Shown here in pieces: positions 8,737-17,531 of a DNA stretch of 64,000 nt. Source of the DNA: Planctomycetota bacterium (lineage in GTDB: Bacteria; Planctomycetota; Brocadiia; JAADGH01); assembly GCA_040755855.1 (NCBI GenBank), contig JBFMAD010000001.1, positions 96,001 to 160,000 on the forward strand, written 5' to 3'. The notes under the pieces are model-generated. The model saw only the letters and a list, made by a program, of their open reading frames with translations. It ran no database searches and was not told the DNA's origin. How positions within the stretch are numbered: position 1 is the stretch's first letter; every line of letters begins with the position of its first letter. The translations under genes and the position numbers were made by a program.

Positions 8737-11700
8737 GTGAACCGACCGGAGCTCGATGAGCTGTTCGCCAAAATCGCCGTGGAGGATCGCTTCGTCTCCC
8801 GGGAGCAGCTCCTCGACTGCCGCCACGCCATGGAGGCAATCGCCAAGGTCGGCGTAAAACGGTCGCTCCAGGACATCATGATTGACAAGGGCTTCCTGAC
8901 TAAGGAAGAGGTCCTGGAGATCCTGCGGCGGCTCGTCCGCGAGGGCGTCCGTCCCCATATCGGCAACTTCGAAATCCTCAACAAGGTGGGCGAAGGCGGG
9001 ATGGGGACCGTCTACAAGGCCCGCCAGCTCAGCCTGGACCGGGTGGTCGCCCTCAAGGTGCTCCCCCCCCGCCTGGCGAAGGACGAAATCTTCGTCCGAC
9101 GATTCATCCGCGAGGCCAAGACGGCCGCCAAACTGGCCCACAAGAACATTATCACCATCCTCGACGTCGGGGAGTCGAACGGGTTTTACTTCATCGCAAT
9201 GGAATTCATAGACGGCCCCACCGTCGCCGACATCGTGGAGCGCAACGGGCGAATCGCCGAGAGCGAGGCCCTGCGCATCTGCAAGGAGGTGGCCGAGGGC
9301 CTCGCCTTCGCCGCCCAATTCGGGATCGTCCACCGCGACATCAAGCCGGCCAACATCATGCTGGCCCGCGACGGCACGGTAAAACTCTGCGACATGGGCC
9401 TGGCCAAGCAGACCAAACTGGACGACGCCTCCGTCACCGAATCGGGCGCCGCCATCGGCACGCCGCTCTACATGTCCCCCGAGCAGGCCCGAGGCGATGT
9501 TGGCATTGACAGCCGCAGCGACATCTATTCCCTGGGCGCCACCCTCTTCTTCATGGCCACCGGCGAGCCGCCGTTCCGGGGGCGCACCCCCCTCGAAATC
9601 CTCCGAAAACGACTCGAACTGCCGCCGCCCTGGGCGGGTGAACTGAACCCCGAGCTCTCCGAGTGGACGTGCAGCACCATCCAGACCATGATGGCCACCG
9701 ACCCGGCGAACCGATACCAGAGCGCCGAGGACGTGGTGCAGATGCTCGACTCGCGCGGTCGGGGCAGGGCCCACGCCGTGGTGGCGCGCGTGGTCAGCGC
9801 TGTGCAGAGGGACTCGATTCCGGCAGATGTCGTTGCCCGGCGGTTGCGGCGCGCAAGGATCAATATCGTCGTCCTGACCGCTGCGGTGGTGTTCGCCGCG
9901 ATCTTTGTGATCGGATTGGTCCTGATGTCGAAGGACAAAAAGAAGGAAAAGCCCCCTCCACCGCCAGCGCAGGTAGCGAGTCCTTTGCCGGCGCAGGTAA
10001 CCGCGACTCCGGCGGCCGCACCCACTCCCCCGCCCAAATCGTCGCCGGATAAAGGCCCCGCGAAACCCGGCAAGGACGACGGAAAGAAGCCGCCGAAGGA
10101 GCCGTCCGCAGCCGATCCCCTTGCCGAGATGAAAGAGCAGGTGAAGCAGCTGATGGAAAAGGGCAAGCACGCGGAGGCGCTGAGCCTCCTCGAACGCTTT
10201 CCCCCCGCGGGGGAAAAGTGGGTGAAATCCAGCCGCGAAAAGATCGAGCAGGCAGTCCACCATCGCTTCGACTCACGAAAGAAGGAGGCCGACGCCCTGG
10301 TGGCCGAGGGCAAGCTGGCGGACGCCCTCAAGCTCTACGCAGCGATGAAAGAATACGGCTTACCATCCATCACTAAACGGGCCGATGAGGAGATCGAGAC
10401 GATCCGCAACCTCCAGGCGCAGGAGCGGGACCGGGCCACGGCCGCTGTGCGAAAGGGATACCTCAAGATCCTCGCGGAGATACAGGGATATGTGGACCGG
10501 AAGGACTACGCCGGCGGGATAGCCCACTGCGAAAGTCTGGCGAAAGAAGCGGCCGGCAAGGACCTGAAGGAAAAACTCGACGTCGAGAAAGAGGCCCTGC
10601 TTCTGATGATGAAAATTCGCGAGCGCGCTGAGAACTGCGGCGAACGCATGGGCGGGCGGCCGTTCACGATATCGGGCATGACCGGGACCATCCTGGGAGT
10701 CGAGAACGGCAATCTGAAGCTCGAGATCAACGGCGTGCCCTTCCCAAAGTCCCTGGACAAGATCGAACCCCTGAAGATATTGGAGCTTGCCGTAGGCGGC
10801 GAGGAGGAGGAAACGGCGCAGAGCCACCTCATGCGCGGCGTGTTCATGGTTTACCATGGCGACACGACGAGCGCAAAGGAAGAGCTCCAGGCCGCAGCGG
10901 TGAAAGGCGGGAAAGACGAACTTAGACTCGCCACAGCGTTTCTGGAGCGCATCGAGGTAGCCGGCGTGTCCATAGCGGCCGGCGACGCAGACAAGCTGGT
11001 GAAGCAGGCGCAGGACCTCTTCGAAAAACGCAAATGGGAAGACGTGATCCAGATGGTCGAGCAGATCAAGGCCGACTACGGCGAGACGGAGATATACAAG
11101 TCAAAAGAGGCGGAACTGGAGCGACTGGCCGGCAGGGCGCACGTATGCATGATGGCCTGGGCCGAGAAAGACATGATCCTGATCAAAGGCGGAAAGTTCC
11201 GCTACCAGGAAAACGCTGATCGCACCATCCCCTCCTTCCAGATTGACAAGTACGAGGTCACCAACGCCCAGTACAGGGCCTTCGCGGACTACATCGCCAA
11301 GACAGGCGACCACTCCTTCTGCTACCAAAAGGAGCCGAAGGACCAGGATCACCTCGCCCTCGGCTTCGCCGAAGAATCCCTCAGCAAACCCGACCAGCCG
11401 GTGGTCGGATTGAGCTGGTACGACGCCTACGCCTACGCCGCCTGCGTCTTCAAGCGACTTCCCACGGAAGCCGAATGGGAAAAGGCCGCCCGGGGCGAGA
11501 AGGGACGCCTCTATCCCTGGGGCGACGAGATGGACGAGACATGCATGGTCACCGCCTCCAATCGTGACGGCGCACAGTATCCTGTCCCCCCAACCGACCC
11601 CGCATTTTCTAAGGGCGCAAGCCCATTCGGCGCGGTCCACATGCTCGGCAACGCCGCCGAGTGGACGTCGGACTGGTTCGACGATCTTCGCAGCGGACGC

Positions 11701-11829
11701 GTTGTCCGCGGCGGCGGATGGGACACCCGCCCCGCGAATCCACCCCTTACCGCGACCCTCCGCAACCAGATGGAACCCACCGTCAAGGAACTGTCCGTCG
11801 GCCTCCGGTGCGTCAGAGACGTCAAGTAG
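8737..11829 (+). CDS. Membrane Ser/Thr protein kinase with C-terminal FGE-sulfatase (SUMF1) domain
   Basis: GEGGMGTVYKA, VALK, HRDIKPAN, DMG, GTPLYMSPEQ; TM segment and Pro-rich linker; FQIDKYEVTN, RLPTEAEWEKAARG, GNAAEW, RGGGW, GLRC. GTG start at 8737 after GAGGA chosen. Confidence 0.9.
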   Translation: MNRPELDELFAKIAVEDRFVSREQLLDCRHAMEAIAKVGVKRSLQDIMIDKGFLTKEEVLEILRRLVREGVRPHIGNFEILNKVGEGGMGTVYKARQLSLDRVVALKVLPPRLAKDEIFVRRFIREAKTAAKLAHKNIITILDVGESNGFYFIAMEFIDGPTVADIVERNGRIAESEALRICKEVAEGLAFAAQFGIVHRDIKPANIMLARDGTVKLCDMGLAKQTKLDDASVTESGAAIGTPLYMSPEQARGDVGIDSRSDIYSLGATLFFMATGEPPFRGRTPLEILRKRLELPPPWAGELNPELSEWTCSTIQTMMATDPANRYQSAEDVVQMLDSRGRGRAHAVVARVVSAVQRDSIPADVVARRLRRARINIVVLTAAVVFAAIFVIGLVLMSKDKKKEKPPPPPAQVASPLPAQVTATPAAAPTPPPKSSPDKGPAKPGKDDGKKPPKEPSAADPLAEMKEQVKQLMEKGKHAEALSLLERFPPAGEKWVKSSREKIEQAVHHRFDSRKKEADALVAEGKLADALKLYAAMKEYGLPSITKRADEEIETIRNLQAQERDRATAAVRKGYLKILAEIQGYVDRKDYAGGIAHCESLAKEAAGKDLKEKLDVEKEALLLMMKIRERAENCGERMGGRPFTISGMTGTILGVENGNLKLEINGVPFPKSLDKIEPLKILELAVGGEEEETAQSHLMRGVFMVYHGDTTSAKEELQAAAVKGGKDELRLATAFLERIEVAGVSIAAGDADKLVKQAQDLFEKRKWEDVIQMVEQIKADYGETEIYKSKEAELERLAGRAHVCMMAWAEKDMILIKGGKFRYQENADRTIPSFQIDKYEVTNAQYRAFADYIAKTGDHSFCYQKEPKDQDHLALGFAEESLSKPDQPVVGLSWYDAYAYAACVFKRLPTEAEWEKAARGEKGRLYPWGDEMDETCMVTASNRDGAQYPVPPTDPAFSKGASPFGAVHMLGNAAEWTSDWFDDLRSGRVVRGGGWDTRPANPPLTATLRNQMEPTVKELSVGLRCVRDVK

Positions 11830-11867
11830 CGGGCCGGCGCATCCTCACCATTCGGAGAATAGGTCTC

Positions 11868-13004
11868 ATGGTTACTTCAAAGGAACGCTTCATCGCCGCC
11901 GCCGAGCACCGCGAGACCGATCGCGTCCCCGTCGGCGAGCACTGGGTCCCCCACACCCTTGTCGAACAGGTGCTCGGCATTGACCGAACGCTCTACAATG
12001 CCTGGGGCTATACGCGCATCGCCTACTGGGAGGGCCGGCGCGACGAGGTCGTCGAGCAGAAGAAGACCCACTACGTCGAGTTCATCCGACGCACCGGACT
12101 CGACATGGCCAGCGTCTCCCTCGTCCCGCCGCGCAATTGGAAATTCGAGAAACCGACAAGACTCGCCGACGGTCTGTGGGAGGACGCCACGGGGGCGAAG
12201 CTCCGGTGGTACGAGAACGTCCACGACATCGAGATCGTCGAGGCGGGAACGAAGAAGGTCCCCCACGAACCCCATCCCGATCCCGACGGCAGCGAGTGGG
12301 AATTCTGGGACCATGTCGTCCGCAAACTCGGCAAGACCCATTTCATCATGGCCATGGCGCCTCCGCTCCAGCCGCCGTGCTACTGCCGCGTCAGCCTCGG
12401 GCAAAGCCGGTTCGGCGCGTTCGAGGACCTGATGATTCGGATCAAGGAGAACCCGGAGTCCATCGCAAACTCGCAAATCCTGGCCGCCGACGGGGTCTAT
12501 AAGGGGTCGCTCCGGGCGCGCGAGCGCGGTGCCGACGCCGTGCGCATCTGCTTTGACTACGGCTGCAGCACGGGGCCGTATTGCTCGCCCGCCGATTTCC
12601 GCCGCGCCTTCCTGCCGGGGCTGAAGGCGCAGGTTGCCGCCGTCCACCGGGCCGGCCTCAAAGTGGTCCTCCACGTGGACGGCAGTTTGGCCCCGGTGAT
12701 TGACCAGATCGCCGAGGCGGGGCCGGACATCTATCAGGCCGTGCAGATATACGAGCCTCTGGCGGACTACAAGCGGCAGGTCGGCGACCGGCTGGCCTTT
12801 TGGGGCAATGTGGACAACGACCGCATGGCCCGGGGCACGCCCGAGGAGGTCCGGGCAATGGCGCGCGCGGCCATCGCCGCGGCGAAGGAGGGGGGCGGGT
12901 TCATCCTCGGCAGCTCCCACGATGTGGTCCTGCCCACGCCGAAGGACAACTTCATGGCCATGGTCGAGACGGCGCTGACGGAGGGAGGATACGGGCGCGG
13001 CTGA
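11868..13004 (+). CDS. Uroporphyrinogen decarboxylase (URO-D/MtaA-like) family protein
   Basis: TSKERF..A.EH.E.DRVP start, DYG...GP..SP, LHVDG, WGNVD, GGFILGSSH. Confidence 0.85.
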   Translation: MVTSKERFIAAAEHRETDRVPVGEHWVPHTLVEQVLGIDRTLYNAWGYTRIAYWEGRRDEVVEQKKTHYVEFIRRTGLDMASVSLVPPRNWKFEKPTRLADGLWEDATGAKLRWYENVHDIEIVEAGTKKVPHEPHPDPDGSEWEFWDHVVRKLGKTHFIMAMAPPLQPPCYCRVSLGQSRFGAFEDLMIRIKENPESIANSQILAADGVYKGSLRARERGADAVRICFDYGCSTGPYCSPADFRRAFLPGLKAQVAAVHRAGLKVVLHVDGSLAPVIDQIAEAGPDIYQAVQIYEPLADYKRQVGDRLAFWGNVDNDRMARGTPEEVRAMARAAIAAAKEGGGFILGSSHDVVLPTPKDNFMAMVETALTEGGYGRG

Positions 13005-13188
13005 GCCTTGCGTCGCCAGCGGTCTTGTTGGTTCAGCGAACAATCTGCCCTGCGCCGGAACCTTGACTTTTTGCCGCCATTGTGATAAATAGGATAGATA
13101 GAATGTATCGTGTAAGCGGGGAGCGTCCGGAGGCGACGCGCCCCATAGGTTGGTGAAGCGAGCCCCACTCAACATTTCCCAAGAGACC

Positions 13189-14856
13189 ATGAATATCGTC
13201 CTCTTCTCCATGCCGGATAGCATCCCGCACTTCAGCCCGACGGCGTGGAAGCCGCCGAGCCTGGCCTGCGGGCTGCTCGCGGCAAACACGCCTAAGCACG
13301 ATGTCTTCATCGCCGACCTCGTCCTGCGCCGGGGCGATGTGCCGGGCGCAGTGCAGGAGGCGATCAAGACCTACCGGCCCAGGCTGGTCGGCCTGAGCGC
13401 GATGAGCTTCCAGTACGACACGGCCCGTCATTGCGCGAAACTCATCCGCAAGGAATTCCCCGACGTCAAGATCGCCATCGGCGGGTACCATGCGACGCTG
13501 ATGTTCATGGAAATCAGCGAGGGCGAGGACGGACAGTACTTTGATTTCATCCTCCGCGGCGAGGGCGACAAGTCCTTCGCCGAGCTGGCCGACGCCGTGG
13601 ACGGCAACCAGGACTACTCGACCGTCCGCGGCCTGACCTACATCGCCGACGGCGAGGTCCATCACAATCCCCCGCGTGAACTGGAAGACTTAGAGACCAT
13701 CGCCTACCCCAAGCGCGACGCGCGCATCTGGACAGGCTACGGCTACTACATGAAGAACCTCGACGTCCTCGAGACCTCTCGCGGATGCGTCATGGCCTGC
13801 ACCTTCTGCAGCATGCAGAAGATGTACGGCAAGAGCTTCCGCCGCTTCCCCCTCGACCGCGTCATCGCCGACATCGCCGACGCGAAGGCGCACGGCGTTC
13901 GCGCCATCGCCATCGGCGACGACAACATCACGCTCGACATCCCGCGCTTCGAGGAGCTGTGCGACCGCATCGTCGCGGCGGGGCTGAACGACGTCTTCTA
14001 CATCGTCCAGGCCAGCTCGCACGGCATTGCTTCGAGCGAGTCGCTCGTGCGCAAGATGGACAGGGCGAACTTCCGCATCGTCTTCCTCGGCATCGAGAAC
14101 GTGAGCGCGCGCAGCCTGAAGCACATGAAGAAGGGCAACATCGTCGAGAAGACGAAGGAGGCCGTGCGGCTGCTCCACAAGTACCGCATCATGATCGTCG
14201 GCGGGATGATCATCGGCCACCCGTGGGACGACGAGAAGGAACTCATCGAGAACTACGACTTCTTCGACCAACTCGACATTGACTTCTACGGCGACCAGAT
14301 CATCACCCCGTACCCCAAGACCATCGCCCGCGACCAGCAGGTGGCGGCGGGGTCTGTGGTCAACCCGAACGACTTCCGGTGGTACAACGGCTACTGGGCG
14401 AACATCCGCACCGACCACCTGACCGCCGATGAGCTGCTCTTCCTGCGGTGGAAGCACCGCCGACTGCGCTCGACCTTTTACAAGACGACGAAGGCCTTCC
14501 GCGCCAACTTCCCCGTCCTTGACCTCCTGCGGAAGATCTGGTTCCGCCATTACAAGCGGCTGAAGGAATACATCCAGAACCGCGGCATGACGGACCGTCA
14601 GGTCTTCGAGCGCGAGATGACCCACCACATCCTGGTGAACAATTTCTTCGGCGACCGGGAACCCTACAGGCCCTTCGATCATATTTACGCAAATGTGAAT
14701 AATATCGTGCGGCCCGCCGAGAGCACGCCCACGCCCGGAGGGAAGGACCCCATCGCCGACTGGCAGGAGGCCATTGACCGATTCTCCTCCGCCGCGCCGA
14801 AGCGCGGTTCCAAGGAACCGAGCCATGTCAAGACCCCCGACCCCGGCAACCAATAG
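13189..14856 (+). CDS. Cobalamin-binding radical SAM protein
   Basis: B12-binding N-terminus (GLSAMSFQ, IGGYHAT, RGEG), ETSRGCVMACTFC (CxxxCxxC), DDN, LGIE, TPYP. Confidence 0.9.
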   Translation: MNIVLFSMPDSIPHFSPTAWKPPSLACGLLAANTPKHDVFIADLVLRRGDVPGAVQEAIKTYRPRLVGLSAMSFQYDTARHCAKLIRKEFPDVKIAIGGYHATLMFMEISEGEDGQYFDFILRGEGDKSFAELADAVDGNQDYSTVRGLTYIADGEVHHNPPRELEDLETIAYPKRDARIWTGYGYYMKNLDVLETSRGCVMACTFCSMQKMYGKSFRRFPLDRVIADIADAKAHGVRAIAIGDDNITLDIPRFEELCDRIVAAGLNDVFYIVQASSHGIASSESLVRKMDRANFRIVFLGIENVSARSLKHMKKGNIVEKTKEAVRLLHKYRIMIVGGMIIGHPWDDEKELIENYDFFDQLDIDFYGDQIITPYPKTIARDQQVAAGSVVNPNDFRWYNGYWANIRTDHLTADELLFLRWKHRRLRSTFYKTTKAFRANFPVLDLLRKIWFRHYKRLKEYIQNRGMTDRQVFEREMTHHILVNNFFGDREPYRPFDHIYANVNNIVRPAESTPTPGGKDPIADWQEAIDRFSSAAPKRGSKEPSHVKTPDPGNQ

Positions 14857-16192
14857 ATTCGCCTCCTACGACGAGGTCGTGCAGTACCTCTTCTCGGCCA
14901 TCAACTTCGAGAAGGTGAGCAAGTACTCCTATGATCCTGCAACGCTGAACCTGAAGCGTGAGCGCGACCTCCTCGCCTCGGTGGGCAATCCGCATGAGAA
15001 GCAGAAGTTCGTCCACATCGCCGGCACGAAGGGCAAGGGTTCGACGGCGATCCTGCTGGCCTCGATCCTGTCGGCCCACGGCCTGCGGACGGGCCTGCTC
15101 ACGTCGCCGCATCTGGTGCACGTCGAGGAGCGCATCACCGTGGACGGCGAGATGATGCCCAAGCCGCGCGTGATCGAGGTGATGAACCGCCTCGCGCCGC
15201 ACATTGACGCCGTACGCGCCCGGAACCCGCGCGAGGCCCCGACCTACTGGGAAATCCTGACCGCCGTGGCGTTCCTCCACTACTTTGAGGAACGGTGCGA
15301 CATCAGCGTCATCGAGGTCGGTCTCGGCGGCAGGCTCGACTCCACCAACGTGATTATGCCGGGGGCGTGTGTCATCACGCGAATTGACTACGACCATACG
15401 GAGAAGCTCGGAAAAACGCTTGCGAAGATCGCCGGCGAGAAGGCGGCCATCATCAAAGACCGCGTGCCCGTCGTCGTCTCGCCGCAGCCGGCCGAGGCAT
15501 ACACGGTCATCGAGAGTCGGGCCAGGGAGACGCGCTCGGAACTCCTGCACCCCTGTCGCGTCCTGTCCTCGATCAACGCCGAGCGAGAGGGCCGCCCCGG
15601 GATATTGGTGAGCCTGGAGGGCCGGCGCAGGCGGTACGAGGACCTCTTCCTTCCGGTCATCGGCGAGCACCAGGCCGAGAATGTGGCAACCGCCGTGGCC
15701 GCGGCCGAGGCGATCGAGGCGCAGGGCCTCGTGACGCTGTCGGCGGACACGGTGCGGGAGTGCCTGAGCGCCGTGAGGATTCCCGGACGGATTGAGATCA
15801 TCTCGCATTACCCGATGGTTGTGCTGGACTGCGCGCACAACGTCGTCTCCGCGCGGGCGCTGAAGCGGGCCATCACGGGGCGCCTTCGCTACGATCGGAT
15901 GGTGCTGCTCATGGGCATGTCCATGGACAAGGACGTTGACGGGTTCCTGTCCGAGATCGTGCCGTTGGCCGATCGCGTGATATTCACAAAAGTGGATAAT
16001 CCCCGCGCGGCCGATGCGCACGATCTCGCCGAGCGGTCGCGCCGGCTTTGCCCCGTTGCAGTCGAAGCGATTCCCGATCCCGCGGAGGCCCTTGCGGCGG
16101 CGCAGCGCGGGCTGGGGAAGGCGGACCTGCTCTGCATCACCGGGTCGTTCTATCTGGCGGGAAAGATCAAGGAACTGATCGAACAGGGATAA
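14825..16192 (+). CDS. folC: Folylpolyglutamate synthase/dihydrofolate synthase
   Basis: HIAGTKGKGST, TSPHL...ERI, EVGLGGRLDSTN, EKAAIIK, PGRIE, LDCAHN, TGSFYL. Confidence 0.95.
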   Translation: MSRPPTPATNRFASYDEVVQYLFSAINFEKVSKYSYDPATLNLKRERDLLASVGNPHEKQKFVHIAGTKGKGSTAILLASILSAHGLRTGLLTSPHLVHVEERITVDGEMMPKPRVIEVMNRLAPHIDAVRARNPREAPTYWEILTAVAFLHYFEERCDISVIEVGLGGRLDSTNVIMPGACVITRIDYDHTEKLGKTLAKIAGEKAAIIKDRVPVVVSPQPAEAYTVIESRARETRSELLHPCRVLSSINAEREGRPGILVSLEGRRRRYEDLFLPVIGEHQAENVATAVAAAEAIEAQGLVTLSADTVRECLSAVRIPGRIEIISHYPMVVLDCAHNVVSARALKRAITGRLRYDRMVLLMGMSMDKDVDGFLSEIVPLADRVIFTKVDNPRAADAHDLAERSRRLCPVAVEAIPDPAEALAAAQRGLGKADLLCITGSFYLAGKIKELIEQG

Positions 16193-16218
16193 GCCGGGCA
16201 AGTGATGTACAGCAGAAA

Positions 16219-16276
16219 GGCAGGTGCCAGCCCGACTACATTGCTGTAGCCGTGGGGCAGAGCTGGGTCACCTGCC
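16219..16276 (-). ncRNA. Candidate small structured RNA (58 nt), family unknown
   Basis: Long hairpin with GCAA tetraloop beginning 7-8 nt after a TTGACT-N18-TATGCT promoter (16313-16284) and followed by UUUCU. Confidence 0.45.
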
Positions 16277-16465
16277 AAATAATAGCATAGCAAATATCTT
16301 TCCTCGCAGTCAAGGCAAAATTTAAAAAGTTTTAGAGAATTTTCATCTCCGCTATTGTAAATGCCATAGTCTTAACTGACCGCCATCTATAAAATTATAC
16401 AATTTGTGATATTCGGATGGTTGACGAATTAAGAGAAAATTTTCCCGCCGGCTGATTTGATGTGG

Positions 16466-17224
16466 TCACTTTTGACCCCTGGTCGTTTCTTGCTCGCCGA
16501 CGCCGGGTGACTCCCCCATCCGGCAACGAATCCACAGCGTCCCCTCGCTCTTTCGCACCCGGGCCGCGGCGCGTCGCATCTTATTCTCGTCCAGTCGGTC
16601 ACTCCGATCGTCGGGCGTGGACGGCAAGTGATACTCGCGGACACAACTGTCGAAAGGCTTCCCCTCGTAAACCTTCTCCGGCGACGGGGCGCGGCCAGGT
16701 CCTGCATAGCCCTCGTAAACCGTAAAATATGCGGAGATTATGTCTTTACCCTCTAAAAAATATGTCTGGGACGTCGCCTGTGTGAACTCGCGCGGATGGG
16801 CAAAAACGCACCAGTTCCGTTCCCGACCATCCACCGTATCGGGCAGGACGATGGTGTAGATATAGCCCCGCGTCTCCATCGTTCCATCGCGCTGCATGAC
16901 CCAATCTTTGATCTGCGCGTCGAAGGTTGGCTGGGTCGAGGAACGCTCCGCAGAAACCCGCTCGATCCACGAGGCGTTGTTGGCGCCGTCGGGCCGACAC
17001 AATTCCTCAAGCGTCCCATACTCCCCCACCCCGTCCCTGTCCTCGTCGCGGGCGGCGGCCCTCTGGTATTCCTGTTGGGCGGCGGCGATCAGGGCGAGAA
17101 CGTCCATGCGCTCCGCATACTCCTCGAACCCGGCCGCGCCGCGGCGGACCTGAACCCAGACGAACAGCCCCCCGAGCGCGAGGCCGATCAGAATATACAC
17201 AATAATGACAATCCGTTTCGCCAT
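16466..17224 (-). CDS. Membrane-anchored protein, DUF2950/pilin-like
   Basis: N-terminal TM helix; AQQEY...DEDRDGVGEYGTLEEL, GYIY and W..FAHP motifs reminiscent of DUF2950-type proteins. Confidence 0.6.
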   Translation of the reverse strand: MAKRIVIIVYILIGLALGGLFVWVQVRRGAAGFEEYAERMDVLALIAAAQQEYQRAAARDEDRDGVGEYGTLEELCRPDGANNASWIERVSAERSSTQPTFDAQIKDWVMQRDGTMETRGYIYTIVLPDTVDGRERNWCVFAHPREFTQATSQTYFLEGKDIISAYFTVYEGYAGPGRAPSPEKVYEGKPFDSCVREYHLPSTPDDRSDRLDENKMRRAAARVRKSEGTLWIRCRMGESPGVGEQETTRGQK

Positions 17225-17346
17225 GTGCCGTACGTTTTATCCCTTAGGCGATTGATCTTGACGCGACGATCATACCTGATAGAATGCCTCCACGTCAAAC
17301 GCTTCGGGTCGCCTGGGTGCATGTCATTTTTCGCGGCGAACATGGG

Positions 17347-17471
17347 CATTGACAATCTCAAATCTCAGAATATACTTGAACAACTAAGAGCGCAATGGGA
17401 TATTCAATCCCAAGCCCTTCGAGAATAATGCCATGAGACATCCAAAAAGTAGAAATTCAAGACCTGACCCC
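17347..17471 (+). repeat. ~125-bp module: promoter plus GACCTGACCCC end (copy 1)
   Basis: About 80% identical by manual alignment to 24486-24610; TTGACA(17349)-N16-TATACT; ends AAAAAGTAGAAATTCAAGACCTGACCCC. Confidence 0.85.
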
Positions 17472-17531
17472 AATAGTTGGTTGTGGGGGTGCTCCCCACC
17501 TGATTCGTGAGTTGCGCTGCGGAGTGCGTAG

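Noticed and set aside
8662..10263. Long antisense ORFs (e.g. 8662-10263, 20956-22491, 22678-24204, 41476-42999, 55930-57873, 58486-59925)
   Set aside because: Shadow frames of high-GC genes with clear products on the opposite strand; no recognisable motifs
11170..11829. FGE-sulfatase C-terminus as a diversity-generating retroelement target
   Set aside because: No reverse transcriptase and no template-repeat copy of the 3' end seen in the window
16300..16445. AT-rich stretch as replication origin
   Set aside because: No TTATCCACA-type DnaA box cluster; better explained as promoter upstream DNA
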